Assembly: GCA_963779735.1 (NCBI GenBank)
Contig: CAVZZJ010000009.1
Coordinates: 189,622 to 253,621, forward strand
DNA length: 64,000 nt
Reading direction: 5' to 3'
From: an uncultured Acidimicrobiaceae bacterium
GTDB lineage: Bacteria; Actinomycetota; Acidimicrobiia; Acidimicrobiales; RAAP-2
Part shown: piece by piece, positions 36,644-45,238 of the stretch
Layout of the letters: each line of letters begins with the position of its first letter
How positions within the stretch are numbered: position 1 is the first letter of the stretch
Program-made: the position numbers and the translations under genes
The notes under the pieces: generated by a model
What the model saw: only the letters and a program-made list of their open reading frames with translations
Told to the model about the DNA's origin: nothing
Database searches by the model: none

Positions 36644-38071
36644 TCATCCTCGCTGGTCAACCATGGGCACTGATGGCTCGACCGGGTGAAAGTTGAACAA
36701 CCGTTCGGCATTGCCTCGCAGGACCTTGCGCCGCTGCTCATCGGTCACGTCGGCGAACCACTCCTTCGCCTTGTCGAAGGTGTGCGGCCAGTAGGTGCCG
36801 TGGTGTGGAAAATCCGTTTCGATCATGATGTTGTCCTCGCCCATGAGATCGAGATGCCTCATGCCGACCGGGTCGTGCATGAAGCAGCCGTACACATGGT
36901 CCCGGAATACCTCGCTTGGGAACCGCATTTCGTGGGCGGTTGCCGCACGGGCTTCAATCGACTCCTTTGCCAGCTTGCGAGCTTCCTCGGTGAGGAGCAC
37001 ATTATTCTCCGGGTCAAACGGATTGGTTATACGGTCGCGACTCATCTCATGCATTGCGTCGGCGGCTTGGAGAACCGGAGGGATCCACCCGATGTTGCCC
37101 TCCGAAAAAGCCAGCTTCAGGCTCGGGAACCGCTCGAAGTTGCCGCTGTTGAGCCACTCGACGAGGGTTGTCTGCCCCGACAGCGCCCCGGTGACCATGC
37201 TGGCCGGACGAGGGGAACGCTTCTTCGTGTCGTCTCCCAGGAACTGTCGGATTTTCTCCGAGACCGCTCCCATGTTGTCGAGGAGCTTGGCGATGTCGGG
37301 GTCCGCGGCGAGCTCCTTCAGTCTGGCCGGATCGCCGGCCGCCTTCATGATCTCGTCGATCTTGGTGAAATCGACCTCGTGGGCCATCGTGTCGCCTCCT
37401 CTGCTGGTCCCGGCGTGGGCGCACAGCGGGACATTGGCCTCGCTGACGACTGAGTAGAGGGGATCCCAGGCTTCGTCGTGGATCGGCGGGAAGCCGAAAT
37501 CGTGGGGCGACATGGCGATCGACACCGCATGTGCCCCCTTGCCGATAGCGCGCTCGGCTTCCTTGGCGGCCAAGTGGCCGTCCCACATTGGGACGAGGGC
37601 TAAAGGGATGATCCGGCCTGGTATCGCGGCGGCGAACTCGTCGATGAGCCAGTCGTTGTACGCCTGAATGCACAGCATAGCGAGTTCCTTGTCGCGCACG
37701 CCGTAGAACATGCTGCCGGCGAACCCCGGCAGGTTGGCGAAAATCACCGCGGCCTGCACCTTGTCGGCGTCCATGGCCGCAGCTCGGGCCTTCGGGTCGT
37801 AGCAGGCTTCGGGGATGTCGCTCCAGCGCATTGGTGCGAAAGGGCTCGGACGGCTCTCGGGCGGCCAGACCGCTCCCGCCGTGGCTGCGCCGCCGATGGG
37901 CTGTCGAATGCGATCCTCGACAACCCATGCCTCACCGCGGTCGTCGCTGACCCAGCGCGGCCCGAGCTCGCGGTATTTGGCCGGCAGCCGATCGACCCAC
38001 GTGTTGGGTGGCTCGATCACATGGTCATCAACCGAGACGATCCAGTCGTCAGGCGAGGTGTTATTGAACAT
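36644..38071 (-). CDS. amidohydrolase_2 family protein
   Basis: 475-aa ORF with VSVDDHV.EP at the N-terminus, ETDFPH near the C-terminus, and an inserted helical segment. Confidence 0.8.
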   Translation of the reverse strand: MFNNTSPDDWIVSVDDHVIEPPNTWVDRLPAKYRELGPRWVSDDRGEAWVVEDRIRQPIGGAATAGAVWPPESRPSPFAPMRWSDIPEACYDPKARAAAMDADKVQAAVIFANLPGFAGSMFYGVRDKELAMLCIQAYNDWLIDEFAAAIPGRIIPLALVPMWDGHLAAKEAERAIGKGAHAVSIAMSPHDFGFPPIHDEAWDPLYSVVSEANVPLCAHAGTSRGGDTMAHEVDFTKIDEIMKAAGDPARLKELAADPDIAKLLDNMGAVSEKIRQFLGDDTKKRSPRPASMVTGALSGQTTLVEWLNSGNFERFPSLKLAFSEGNIGWIPPVLQAADAMHEMSRDRITNPFDPENNVLLTEEARKLAKESIEARAATAHEMRFPSEVFRDHVYGCFMHDPVGMRHLDLMGEDNIMIETDFPHHGTYWPHTFDKAKEWFADVTDEQRRKVLRGNAERLFNFHPVEPSVPMVDQRG

Positions 38072-38218
38072 CGTTACCCTCCTCGGACTTGCTCCGGCTC
38101 TATCGCCCGACCAGTTGGTGAGATCGCCAGTGGATCGGGTCCTGCCGGCGCGGCGAACCTAAGGTCCTTCGGTGGGCTGGAACTAGTGTGGTCGCGATCT
38201 CGCAGCCTGGCCCCACGG

Positions 38219-39460
38219 TCACCAGCCTTTGAAGACCCGGCCGACGGTCTCCGCCACCTCGGGATCGGCCTCGCCGGTTGGAGGTGTGAGGATCTGCTCG
38301 ATACTGAACCCGCAGGCGTCCACGACCGGAGCAAGCTTCTCCACATCAAAGCGATAGACGTCGGCCGCGTTTTGGCCGAGGATCCGACGAGTGTCCTCTT
38401 CCGAGACATTCCCGGCACCAAAGAGGGCCTGGAGGTGGTCGATGGTCTTGTTCCAGGTGCCCTCTGGATGCGCGAAGTCGGTGCCATACATCATGTTGGC
38501 GACACCAATGGACTCGCGCATTTCGAGTTCTGCCCTGGACATCAGCGACGCACCGACGTAGCACTGACGGGCCCAGTACTCGCGGGGCGAGCGGAGGACG
38601 ACTTCATGCTGGTTGGTGAGCATATTGACGTCGTGGCGCTCCGCGCCAGCGGTTCGCACCCACCCGTCGTGCATGTGATCGAGGGTTCCGGGGATCCAAT
38701 CGGAATTCTGTTCGGTGAACACCAAGCGGAGGTTCGGGTGGCGCTCGAGGACCCCTCCGTAAATGAGGAACCACAGCGGGCGATGGCCGAACCAGTTGAC
38801 TTCCATCAGCATCATCTGGGTCGCGACCGGTGAGCCTCCGAACGCTATGAACTCCGGATCGTATCCGACGCCTCCGTGGAAGGTCGCCGCCAGCTGTTCC
38901 TCTTCGAGCGCCGACCAGATCGGCTCGTAATAGTCATCGAACAGTGGCGGCAGGCCGCGGTACTGCCCGTCGAGTAGCACACCTCGCATGCCGGCCTGGC
39001 TCGCCCGGCGGATCTCGGCGACCGCGGTGTCTACATCCTCGTATGTAATCAGAGCGAGCGCTGCTTGGCGGTCGTGATCGAAGAACTCTCCGAGCCATCG
39101 GTTGTAGGCCCTACATCCTGCGGCGAACTTCGCGGGATCGAATCCGGGAAGACTCCGAGTGCCGGGTATGGGATAGAAGGGGAAGATCGGAAAGTTAGGG
39201 ATGAGAACCTCGGCGGCCACACCGTTCGCGTCGAGGCCCTTCAGCCGTATTTCGACGTCAGCAGGGCTGTGGAATGCCTTCCTGCCCGCCGCATCCGTAA
39301 ACGAAGACTCGAAGCTGGCCATGAGCTCACCCGCCGCGGCGAACATCCCGAACCACCCATCGAAGTCCTCGTGGTACTTGCTTTCCAGGTACTCCTTCGT
39401 CCGGGCGATCGGGAAATCGATATGGCAATCTGCCGAGATGATTAGTGCACGGTCGGTCAT
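38219..39460 (-). CDS. amidohydrolase_2 family protein
   Basis: 413-aa ORF with ISADCH at the N-terminus and YGTDFAHPE near the C-terminus. Confidence 0.8.
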   Translation of the reverse strand: MTDRALIISADCHIDFPIARTKEYLESKYHEDFDGWFGMFAAAGELMASFESSFTDAAGRKAFHSPADVEIRLKGLDANGVAAEVLIPNFPIFPFYPIPGTRSLPGFDPAKFAAGCRAYNRWLGEFFDHDRQAALALITYEDVDTAVAEIRRASQAGMRGVLLDGQYRGLPPLFDDYYEPIWSALEEEQLAATFHGGVGYDPEFIAFGGSPVATQMMLMEVNWFGHRPLWFLIYGGVLERHPNLRLVFTEQNSDWIPGTLDHMHDGWVRTAGAERHDVNMLTNQHEVVLRSPREYWARQCYVGASLMSRAELEMRESIGVANMMYGTDFAHPEGTWNKTIDHLQALFGAGNVSEEDTRRILGQNAADVYRFDVEKLAPVVDACGFSIEQILTPPTGEADPEVAETVGRVFKGW

Positions 39461-39732
39461 AACAACTCCTCTGTTAGAAGCGTCGAATACGCGGGCGGGT
39501 TAGAGATGCTTGCCGTTAGGAACCGGGACCGAGTGGCCCAAGCCGGACCAGTTGCGTGAGGCGGTGGCAGCCAGGCTGGGCCAACCTGCCTTTCAAGGTC
39601 CGCAACTTGCATGAGCCCCCAGCCCTCCTCCACCGTGCAGCGTTGAATCGAACCACAGGGTCCGTTACTGCGCAAGTGATCCATCCGCATCTGACCCAGA
39701 TAGTCAATCTGGCCCGATGATTTCCCGATCAG

Positions 39733-39749
39733 CTATACATTCTGTATAG
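39733..39749. promoter_or_regulatory. inverted repeat CTATACA-TTC-TGTATAG upstream of an AsnC-family gene (possible operator)
   Basis: A perfect 7-bp inverted repeat with a 3-bp spacer lies 31 nt upstream of the GTG at 39780, in the divergent intergenic region. Confidence 0.3.
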
Positions 39750-39779
39750 TTCGTTCAACCTCAATGGGAAGGATCCGGC

Positions 39780-40310
39780 GTGGTCGCGAATAACTCTCTC
39801 GATGCCCTCGACGTGGCGCTCATCAACGCACTTCACGAGCATCCGCGCATCGGGATGCTTGAATTGGCCCGCGTCACGGGCGTCGCACGCAACACCGTCA
39901 CGGCACGGCTTCAGCGTCTGGAGGACGTCGGCATCATCAGCGGCCACGGCCCCGAACTCGATGTCTCTGCCGCCGGATTCGAAGTGCACGCATTCGTGAT
40001 CCTCGAAATCGCCCAGGGCGCCATCGAGGACGTCGAATCGGTTCTGAAGGAACAGCCGGCAGTACTCGAAGCGTACGCGATCACTGGCAACGGCGACGTG
40101 CTCTGCCGGGTTGCCGCCAGCTCCCACGCCGCGATGCAGAAAACCCTGGTGGACCTCAACAAGGCCTCCTCTATCGTCCGTTCGACCAGCATGATGGTCC
40201 TTTCCGAGGTCGTCCGCTGGCGCACCCTTCCCCTGCTCGAGCGCCACGCGGCAGCTACCGCCGGTCGGTCGACTCTGCGGCTACCCAGGCCGGCGCTTGG
40301 TCAACAGTGA
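39780..40310 (+). CDS. Lrp/AsnC family transcriptional regulator
   Basis: 176-aa ORF. It is a paralog of 33504..33986 (LD..D..LI.AL...PR.G.LELAR.TGVARNTV.ARL.RL). Confidence 0.8.
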   Translation: MVANNSLDALDVALINALHEHPRIGMLELARVTGVARNTVTARLQRLEDVGIISGHGPELDVSAAGFEVHAFVILEIAQGAIEDVESVLKEQPAVLEAYAITGNGDVLCRVAASSHAAMQKTLVDLNKASSIVRSTSMMVLSEVVRWRTLPLLERHAAATAGRSTLRLPRPALGQQ

Positions 40311-40586
40311 GCGAAGCGAGACCACTCCTCGAAAGCACGTGTCTTCGGCGGGGGATGGATCACATTGGGGAAGACGCACAAGCGGTCGGGACGAAATCAG
40401 AACTCGAGGGGTTTGACCCGATGTCACACCCGGCCAGGTTCACGGTTGACCAACCCGGCACAGCGGCTACGGACGGCAGGACAGGCCGGATCTAAGGATC
40501 AGAACGAAGCTGGGCGGGTGCGATTGCCTACTGGCGACAACTCCGGACACATAATGCCTGCTCAGGTCCCTGATCGTGGGACGCTA

Positions 40587-40829
40587 CTACGTGCACATAC
40601 CTCTCCAGATCGGTGCTCCAGGGCCATGATTCGGTCTTACATTTTGATATCTCGCCGGCGCAAGGTTCACGGTCAGGCGGCGGAGCGGCCAGGGCAGCCC
40701 GCTCGACAGGATGGCGGCACGTACCCGATCGCGTGCCTCACGCACCGCTGCGTCGGGAAGACCGACGATGGTGAAGCCGGGCAGACCATTGGAGAGGTGG
40801 ACCTCGACGGATACGGGTTGCCCGATCAC
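40587..40829 (-). pseudogene. comM: comM/yifB 5' fragment (contains repeat copy C, 40662-40757)
   Basis: It encodes (V)[58 protein letters not shown], the ComM N-terminal Lon-like domain. After that it reads unrelated sequence to a stop. No ATPase domain follows. Confidence 0.65.
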
Positions 40830-40855
40830 TCTCCGTGCACCCCGTCGGCGCTGAG

Positions 40856-41863
40856 CTAAGGGCGCCCTTCGAATATGAGATTGAACGGCGTCTCAGTTGC
40901 ACGATGGAATGAAGAGAAGCCAGCCGTGTCGGCCACCTCTTTGAGCCTGCCCTCGCCGGCCTGGGCTCCGAGCCCAGCACCAACCTCTTGCGACAACGAA
41001 GCCGGCGTGCAGACCAGCGTCGAGACTGAGTAGAAGACCCGGCCGATGGGATTGAGATTGTCGGCGAGGTCATCGTTGGCAAAGGGCTCGACCAACAGCC
41101 AGTGTCCGTCAGCTTTGAGCGACTGGCGCGTGTGGCGGGCTGCGCCAACCGGGTCACCCATGTCGTGCAGGCAATCGAAGTGACAGACCAGGTCGAAGTC
41201 GGTTCCCGGATACTCCTTTGCCGAGGCCACTTCGAACATGACCCGGTCTGACACCCCCGCCCTGGCAGCAGCCTCCTTGGCATGACGGATCGAGGGCTCG
41301 TGGTAGTCGAATCCCCAAAACTGGGAGTTCGGGTAAGCCGCAGCCATGATGATCGTCGACGCGCCGTAGCCGCAGCCGAATCGGCCATCGGCCACTCGGC
41401 CTCCGTTACGGAGTTTGGCGTCCGCGCCATCGAGAGCGGGGATCCAGGACTGGACCAGGTTGGCCGCATAGCCGGGGCGGAAGAAACGCTCGGTGCCTTG
41501 GAACAGGTCGGGATCATGCTCATGCCATCCGATGCCGTCGCCTGTGCGAAAGGCGTCCACCGCTTTGGGGACGATACGAGTGGCGGCCAGCATCCCCTGG
41601 AAACCGCCTATCACGTAAGCCGGACTTGTCTCGTCTGCGAAGACGATGGCCTGTTCCTCGTTCAGCTCATAGCGGCCGTCGCCCGCATAGTCGACGTGCC
41701 CCGCCGCAGCGAGACCGCTCACCCAGTCCGTCGCCTCGACCCGGGCGATCATCACGCATCTGCAACAGCGATTTGAAGGCCATATGCCATCGCCCGCCGA
41801 GTTGCTCGCGGCTGACCCGAAAGTGCTCAGGGATAGTGGGTTCTCATCTCGAAAGGGCGACAC
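40856..41863 (-). CDS. class I SAM-dependent methyltransferase, apparently 5'-truncated
   Basis: SAM motif (FGCGYG), [19 protein letters not shown]. The N-terminal winged-helix segment usually seen in this family is reduced to ..[16 protein letters not shown]. The first ~30 codons of the ORF look non-homologous. Confidence 0.6.
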   Translation of the reverse strand: MSPFRDENPLSLSTFGSAASNSAGDGIWPSNRCCRCVMIARVEATDWVSGLAAAGHVDYAGDGRYELNEEQAIVFADETSPAYVIGGFQGMLAATRIVPKAVDAFRTGDGIGWHEHDPDLFQGTERFFRPGYAANLVQSWIPALDGADAKLRNGGRVADGRFGCGYGASTIIMAAAYPNSQFWGFDYHEPSIRHAKEAAARAGVSDRVMFEVASAKEYPGTDFDLVCHFDCLHDMGDPVGAARHTRQSLKADGHWLLVEPFANDDLADNLNPIGRVFYSVSTLVCTPASLSQEVGAGLGAQAGEGRLKEVADTAGFSSFHRATETPFNLIFEGRP

Positions 41864-42175
41864 ATTGCGAGCGCTTGCTCAGAGGTTCGTCGACGGGCGT
41901 CTGAGCGAAGAGGCCTTTGCGGGCATGACGGACCCAGAGATCGAAGCGGCACTGACAGAGTCCCCGGGATCGGACCATGGACAGCGCGCGGCTTCTTGCT
42001 GGTCGCCCTCAACCGGCCCGACGTGTTCCTCTCGGGCGACCCGGCGCTTCGACGCACGATCCAGCGAGAGTACGCGTTTGACCACCTGCCGACCGACGAG
42101 GAGTTGCTCGAGCTCTCAGACCGCTGGCGGCCGTACCGGAGCCTCGCGGTCAGCTACCTGTTCGCATCCGAGTAG
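41784..42175 (+). pseudogene. alkA: DNA-3-methyladenine glycosylase II (AlkA, HhH-GPD) fragment, 5'-truncated and frameshifted
   Basis: It starts mid-domain ([31 protein letters not shown]). After ~41965 the conserved PGIGPWTARGFLL...WRPYRSLAVSYLFASE* continues in another frame to TAG at 42173-42175. Confidence 0.6.
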
Positions 42176-42474
42176 GACGGACAGCATCGAGGGACACGGT
42201 GGGAGTCATCGCCACTCGAGGATCGGAGATGTCACATCTTGAAACGTCGTAGGGGCCAAAGAGAGCGCCCTGCGCACGAAGGCCGGCCGAAATCCCCGAT
42301 GGCCCCCGCTCCCTCGCCCCCCTCGCCCCCGTCACCCCGTCACCCCCTCCGCCCCTCACCCCTCACCCCTCGCCCCCCACCGCACCGTGTCTCCACGGCC
42401 TTGGGCGCCCGCCGGCTCCCTATTGGCACCTCGGGGGCTTGCAATGACGCCATATTGGTGCCATAGTGGCACCC

Positions 42475-42987
42475 ATGGACCTGCAGCCGCACGTAGACGA
42501 GATCCACCGCCAGCTCGGCACGGCCGCCGCCGCTGGGGGTGAGGACGCTCGGGCCCTGGCCGAACGACTGCTGGCGCCTCTCGACGCGGCGGTCCGTCTC
42601 ACCCTCCTAGAGGTACTGGCGGCCGCCGTCCAGGAGATCACGTGCGAGCTGGCGCCGGGTTCGGTGGAGGTGCGGCTGAGGGGCCGCGACCCCGAGTTCG
42701 TCATCTCCACCCCGTCCGACGTGGCCGGGGACGATCAGGCGGGCGGAACGGTCCCCGACGTCGGCTCGCTCGCCGGGGACGGGGGCGAGATGTCCCGGAT
42801 CAACCTACGCCTGCCCGACCAGCTCAAGGTCCGCGTCGATCAGGCCGCGGCCAGCGAGGGCCTCTCGGCCAACGCCTGGCTCGTCCGGGCGGCCGCCGCC
42901 GCTCTCGAACGCGCCGACCCCCCGGGGCGGTTGGACCGCCGCGGCCCGCAGGGTGCACAGCGCTTCACCGGCTGGGCGCGCTCGTGA
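42475..42987 (+). CDS. ribbon-helix-helix (HicB/Arc-like C-terminal domain) protein
   Basis: The C-terminus has SRINLRLPDQLKVRVDQAAASEGLSANAWLVRA (RHH). The ATG at 42475 lies 7 nt after a -10-like CATAGT, so the transcript may be leaderless. The ORF tool starts at GTG 42466. Confidence 0.6.
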   Translation: MDLQPHVDEIHRQLGTAAAAGGEDARALAERLLAPLDAAVRLTLLEVLAAAVQEITCELAPGSVEVRLRGRDPEFVISTPSDVAGDDQAGGTVPDVGSLAGDGGEMSRINLRLPDQLKVRVDQAAASEGLSANAWLVRAAAAALERADPPGRLDRRGPQGAQRFTGWARS

Positions 42988-43043
42988 CCCGAAACGCTCG
43001 CACCACAAAGACCGATGTACCACTACCCGAGGAAAGGACCGTC

Positions 43044-43871
43044 ATGCCAACCTTCGACACCCCCCAGCCGATAGCGATCAGCGTGGAGATCGGCGTCGGT
43101 GACCTGCGGATCGTGGCGAGCGACCGAGCCGACACCGTGGTCGAGGTGCGGCCCAGCGACCCCGCCAAGCCCGCCGACGTGACCGCCGCCGAAGAGACCA
43201 GCGTGGAGTACGCCCGCGGCGTACTCCGGGTCAGAGCGAACGGCGGCTTGAGGCGCTACGGCCTGCGCGGGGGCCGCGCGTCGATTGAGGTGCGCATGGA
43301 GGTCCCAACCGGCTCGCGGCTGCGCGGTCATGCCGGGCTCGCCGCCCTGCGTTGCGCGGGAGTACTGGGCGAATGCCACTACAAGACCGGAGCCGGCGAC
43401 ATCACGTTGGAGCAGGTCGCCGGGGCGACCGACCTGGCCACGGGCACCGGGGCCGTCAGGGTCGATTGGATCGGCGGTGCGACGACGATCAAGAACAGCA
43501 ACGGCGACGTCCGGATCGGGCAGGCCGAGGGAGATCTTCAGGTGAGGACGGCCAACGGCGAGATCGAAGTTGACCGATCCCGGGCGTCGGTTACGGCCAA
43601 GACGGCCAACGGCCACATCCGCCTCGGCGAGGTGGATCGGGGCGTCATCGTCGCCGAGACGGCGCTCGGCAACGTGGATGTGGCCGTCCGTTCGGGGGTG
43701 GCCGCCTGGTTGGACCTTCACACCAACTTTGGCCAGGTGCGCAACCTTCTGGAGCTGAGTCGGCAGCCGGAGCCATCCCAGGACGCGCTCAAGGTGCGGG
43801 CGCGGACTCACTTCGGCGACGTCTCCATCCGCCGCGCCTACATCGGCGACAACGGGCAGGACGCAGCGTGA
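43044..43871 (+). CDS. DUF4097 family beta-strand-repeat protein
   Basis: ATG at 43044 with GGAAAGGA upstream. It has repeated ..GD(I/V)..... / NG.I.. strands (TGAGDITL, NSNGDVRI, TANGEIEV, TANGHIRL, ALGNVDV, HFGDVSI). Confidence 0.75.
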   Translation: MPTFDTPQPIAISVEIGVGDLRIVASDRADTVVEVRPSDPAKPADVTAAEETSVEYARGVLRVRANGGLRRYGLRGGRASIEVRMEVPTGSRLRGHAGLAALRCAGVLGECHYKTGAGDITLEQVAGATDLATGTGAVRVDWIGGATTIKNSNGDVRIGQAEGDLQVRTANGEIEVDRSRASVTAKTANGHIRLGEVDRGVIVAETALGNVDVAVRSGVAAWLDLHTNFGQVRNLLELSRQPEPSQDALKVRARTHFGDVSIRRAYIGDNGQDAA

Positions 43872-43880
43872 CGGGAACGC

Positions 43881-44870
43881 CTAGTCGACACCACCGGTAG
43901 GCGGGTCACCCTTTTCCGCTCGCACACCACTCCCCGGCTGGCGAGCGGCGCAGTAGGTGTCGATCAGCCTTCGATACCGATCGGCGATGATGGTGACCGC
44001 CTGCTTCCGCTCGATGCGCCCGGCGATCAGATCCTGCAGCGCAGCCTCCCAGAGACTGCGGCCGACGGCGAAGCCGGCGAACCCCGGCAGAGGCGCAGCC
44101 ACGTCAATCCAGTGCTCGACCTGCTCCATCGGGGCATCTCGGCCGAGGACGATGCATTCGGCCGGGAAGGCCGTCTCGGCGGCTACCGTCCGGAGGACCA
44201 GCTCGGCGCCGTCGGTGGTCTCGTAGCCTTCGAGTTTCCAGACCGTCGGATGCACCCCTCCGTCATTGAACGACCCGATCGTCTCGGCCGTCAACGCCGG
44301 TCGGACATCACGGTCGAAGTGGAACCGGTCCTCGCTCCGCGCCAGCTGTTCCCTGGTGGCAGGGACGAGGAGCTCGAAGAGCCACGGCCGCCCAGAACGT
44401 TCGGCCCAGGTAGACACCTCGGCCAGCCGCTCTATCTGCGTCGTCCGATCGTCGGGCTTGTTGGCCGGGTTGTAGCGGACCAGGACCTTGAAGAAGTCCG
44501 GGTCAAACGCCTCCACGTGTTCGGGGTAGCGGTCGCCGTACTCCAGCTCGAAGAGCTCGGTCCCGCTCTTCTCGATGGGCATGGCCAACACGAACCCGTC
44601 GGCCTTGGCCCGCCTAGCCACGTCGGCACCGAGCCTCTCATCGACGAGAACTCCGGCACGACCGGTGGCGAGACCGTCGGCCACCGCTTGGCGTGCGCCT
44701 TCGTAAATGACCATTTTGGTGTTCCGCATGTCGGCCAGCTGCGGCTCGGTCGGGGCACCTTCGACGCCGAACAGGATACGACCGTAGGATGCCCGGTGAT
44801 CCATAGCGAGGATGAACAGCGGCGAATCGGCCGACGGCTCATAGCCCTTCTCGCGCTCGGATTCAGTCAT
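43881..44870 (-). CDS. DUF2090 / class I aldolase-like protein (IolC C-terminal-domain-like)
   Basis: 329-aa ORF with LFILAMDHR, KVLVRYNP and WKLEG motifs, recalled from 5-dehydro-2-deoxyphosphogluconate-aldolase-domain proteins. Confidence 0.65.
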   Translation of the reverse strand: MTESEREKGYEPSADSPLFILAMDHRASYGRILFGVEGAPTEPQLADMRNTKMVIYEGARQAVADGLATGRAGVLVDERLGADVARRAKADGFVLAMPIEKSGTELFELEYGDRYPEHVEAFDPDFFKVLVRYNPANKPDDRTTQIERLAEVSTWAERSGRPWLFELLVPATREQLARSEDRFHFDRDVRPALTAETIGSFNDGGVHPTVWKLEGYETTDGAELVLRTVAAETAFPAECIVLGRDAPMEQVEHWIDVAAPLPGFAGFAVGRSLWEAALQDLIAGRIERKQAVTIIADRYRRLIDTYCAARQPGSGVRAEKGDPPTGGVD

Positions 44871-45037
44871 CTGCTCGCCCGCGGCCAGCGGTTCCTAAAC
44901 CGAGTGCGACGTGAGGGGCAAGAGGACAATGCAAGGCTCCGATTCCTGCCCCGCATCCTACGCGATGGCAATCCTATTGGGCTCGCCGTCGAGTGAACCC
45001 TTGGCGGCAGTGGACGTCGAGCTGCCGGGGCGGTCGC

Positions 45038-45238
45038 TCAGTCCGGCGTGGCCCGGGGGCGGCCACGCCGGGGCAGCGGTGCCGCCTGCGTGGGCATGCG
45101 TCCCGCCTCGCGCAAGGCCCTCCGCAGGAGCACCTCTATCTGGGCATTGACGCTGCGCAGCTCGTCGTTGGCCCAGCGGCTGATGGCGTCGTGCACCGCC
45201 GGATCGACGCGCAGCAGGATCTGTCGCCGCTCGCTCAC
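45038..45238 (-). CDS. small ribbon-helix-helix (Arc-like) DNA-binding protein
   Basis: The GTG start overlaps the SPFH stop (GTGA). It encodes [41 protein letters not shown] (beta-strand, helix, helix). Confidence 0.6.
   Translation of the reverse strand: MSERRQILLRVDPAVHDAISRWANDELRSVNAQIEVLLRRALREAGRMPTQAAPLPRRGRPRATPD

Noticed and set aside
13605-40661. Integrase, transposase, relaxase or phage genes that would make the repeat-bounded blocks self-mobile.
   Set aside because: Every ORF above about 100 aa in these blocks was read, and none shows recombinase (R..HxxR..Y), DDE or serine-recombinase features. I therefore call the blocks integrase-less modules rather than ICEs or prophages.
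42421-42444. A sigma-54-type promoter (TGGCAC ... TTGCA).
   Set aside because: The GG-to-GC spacing is 16 nt rather than 12. Actinomycetota generally lack RpoN.
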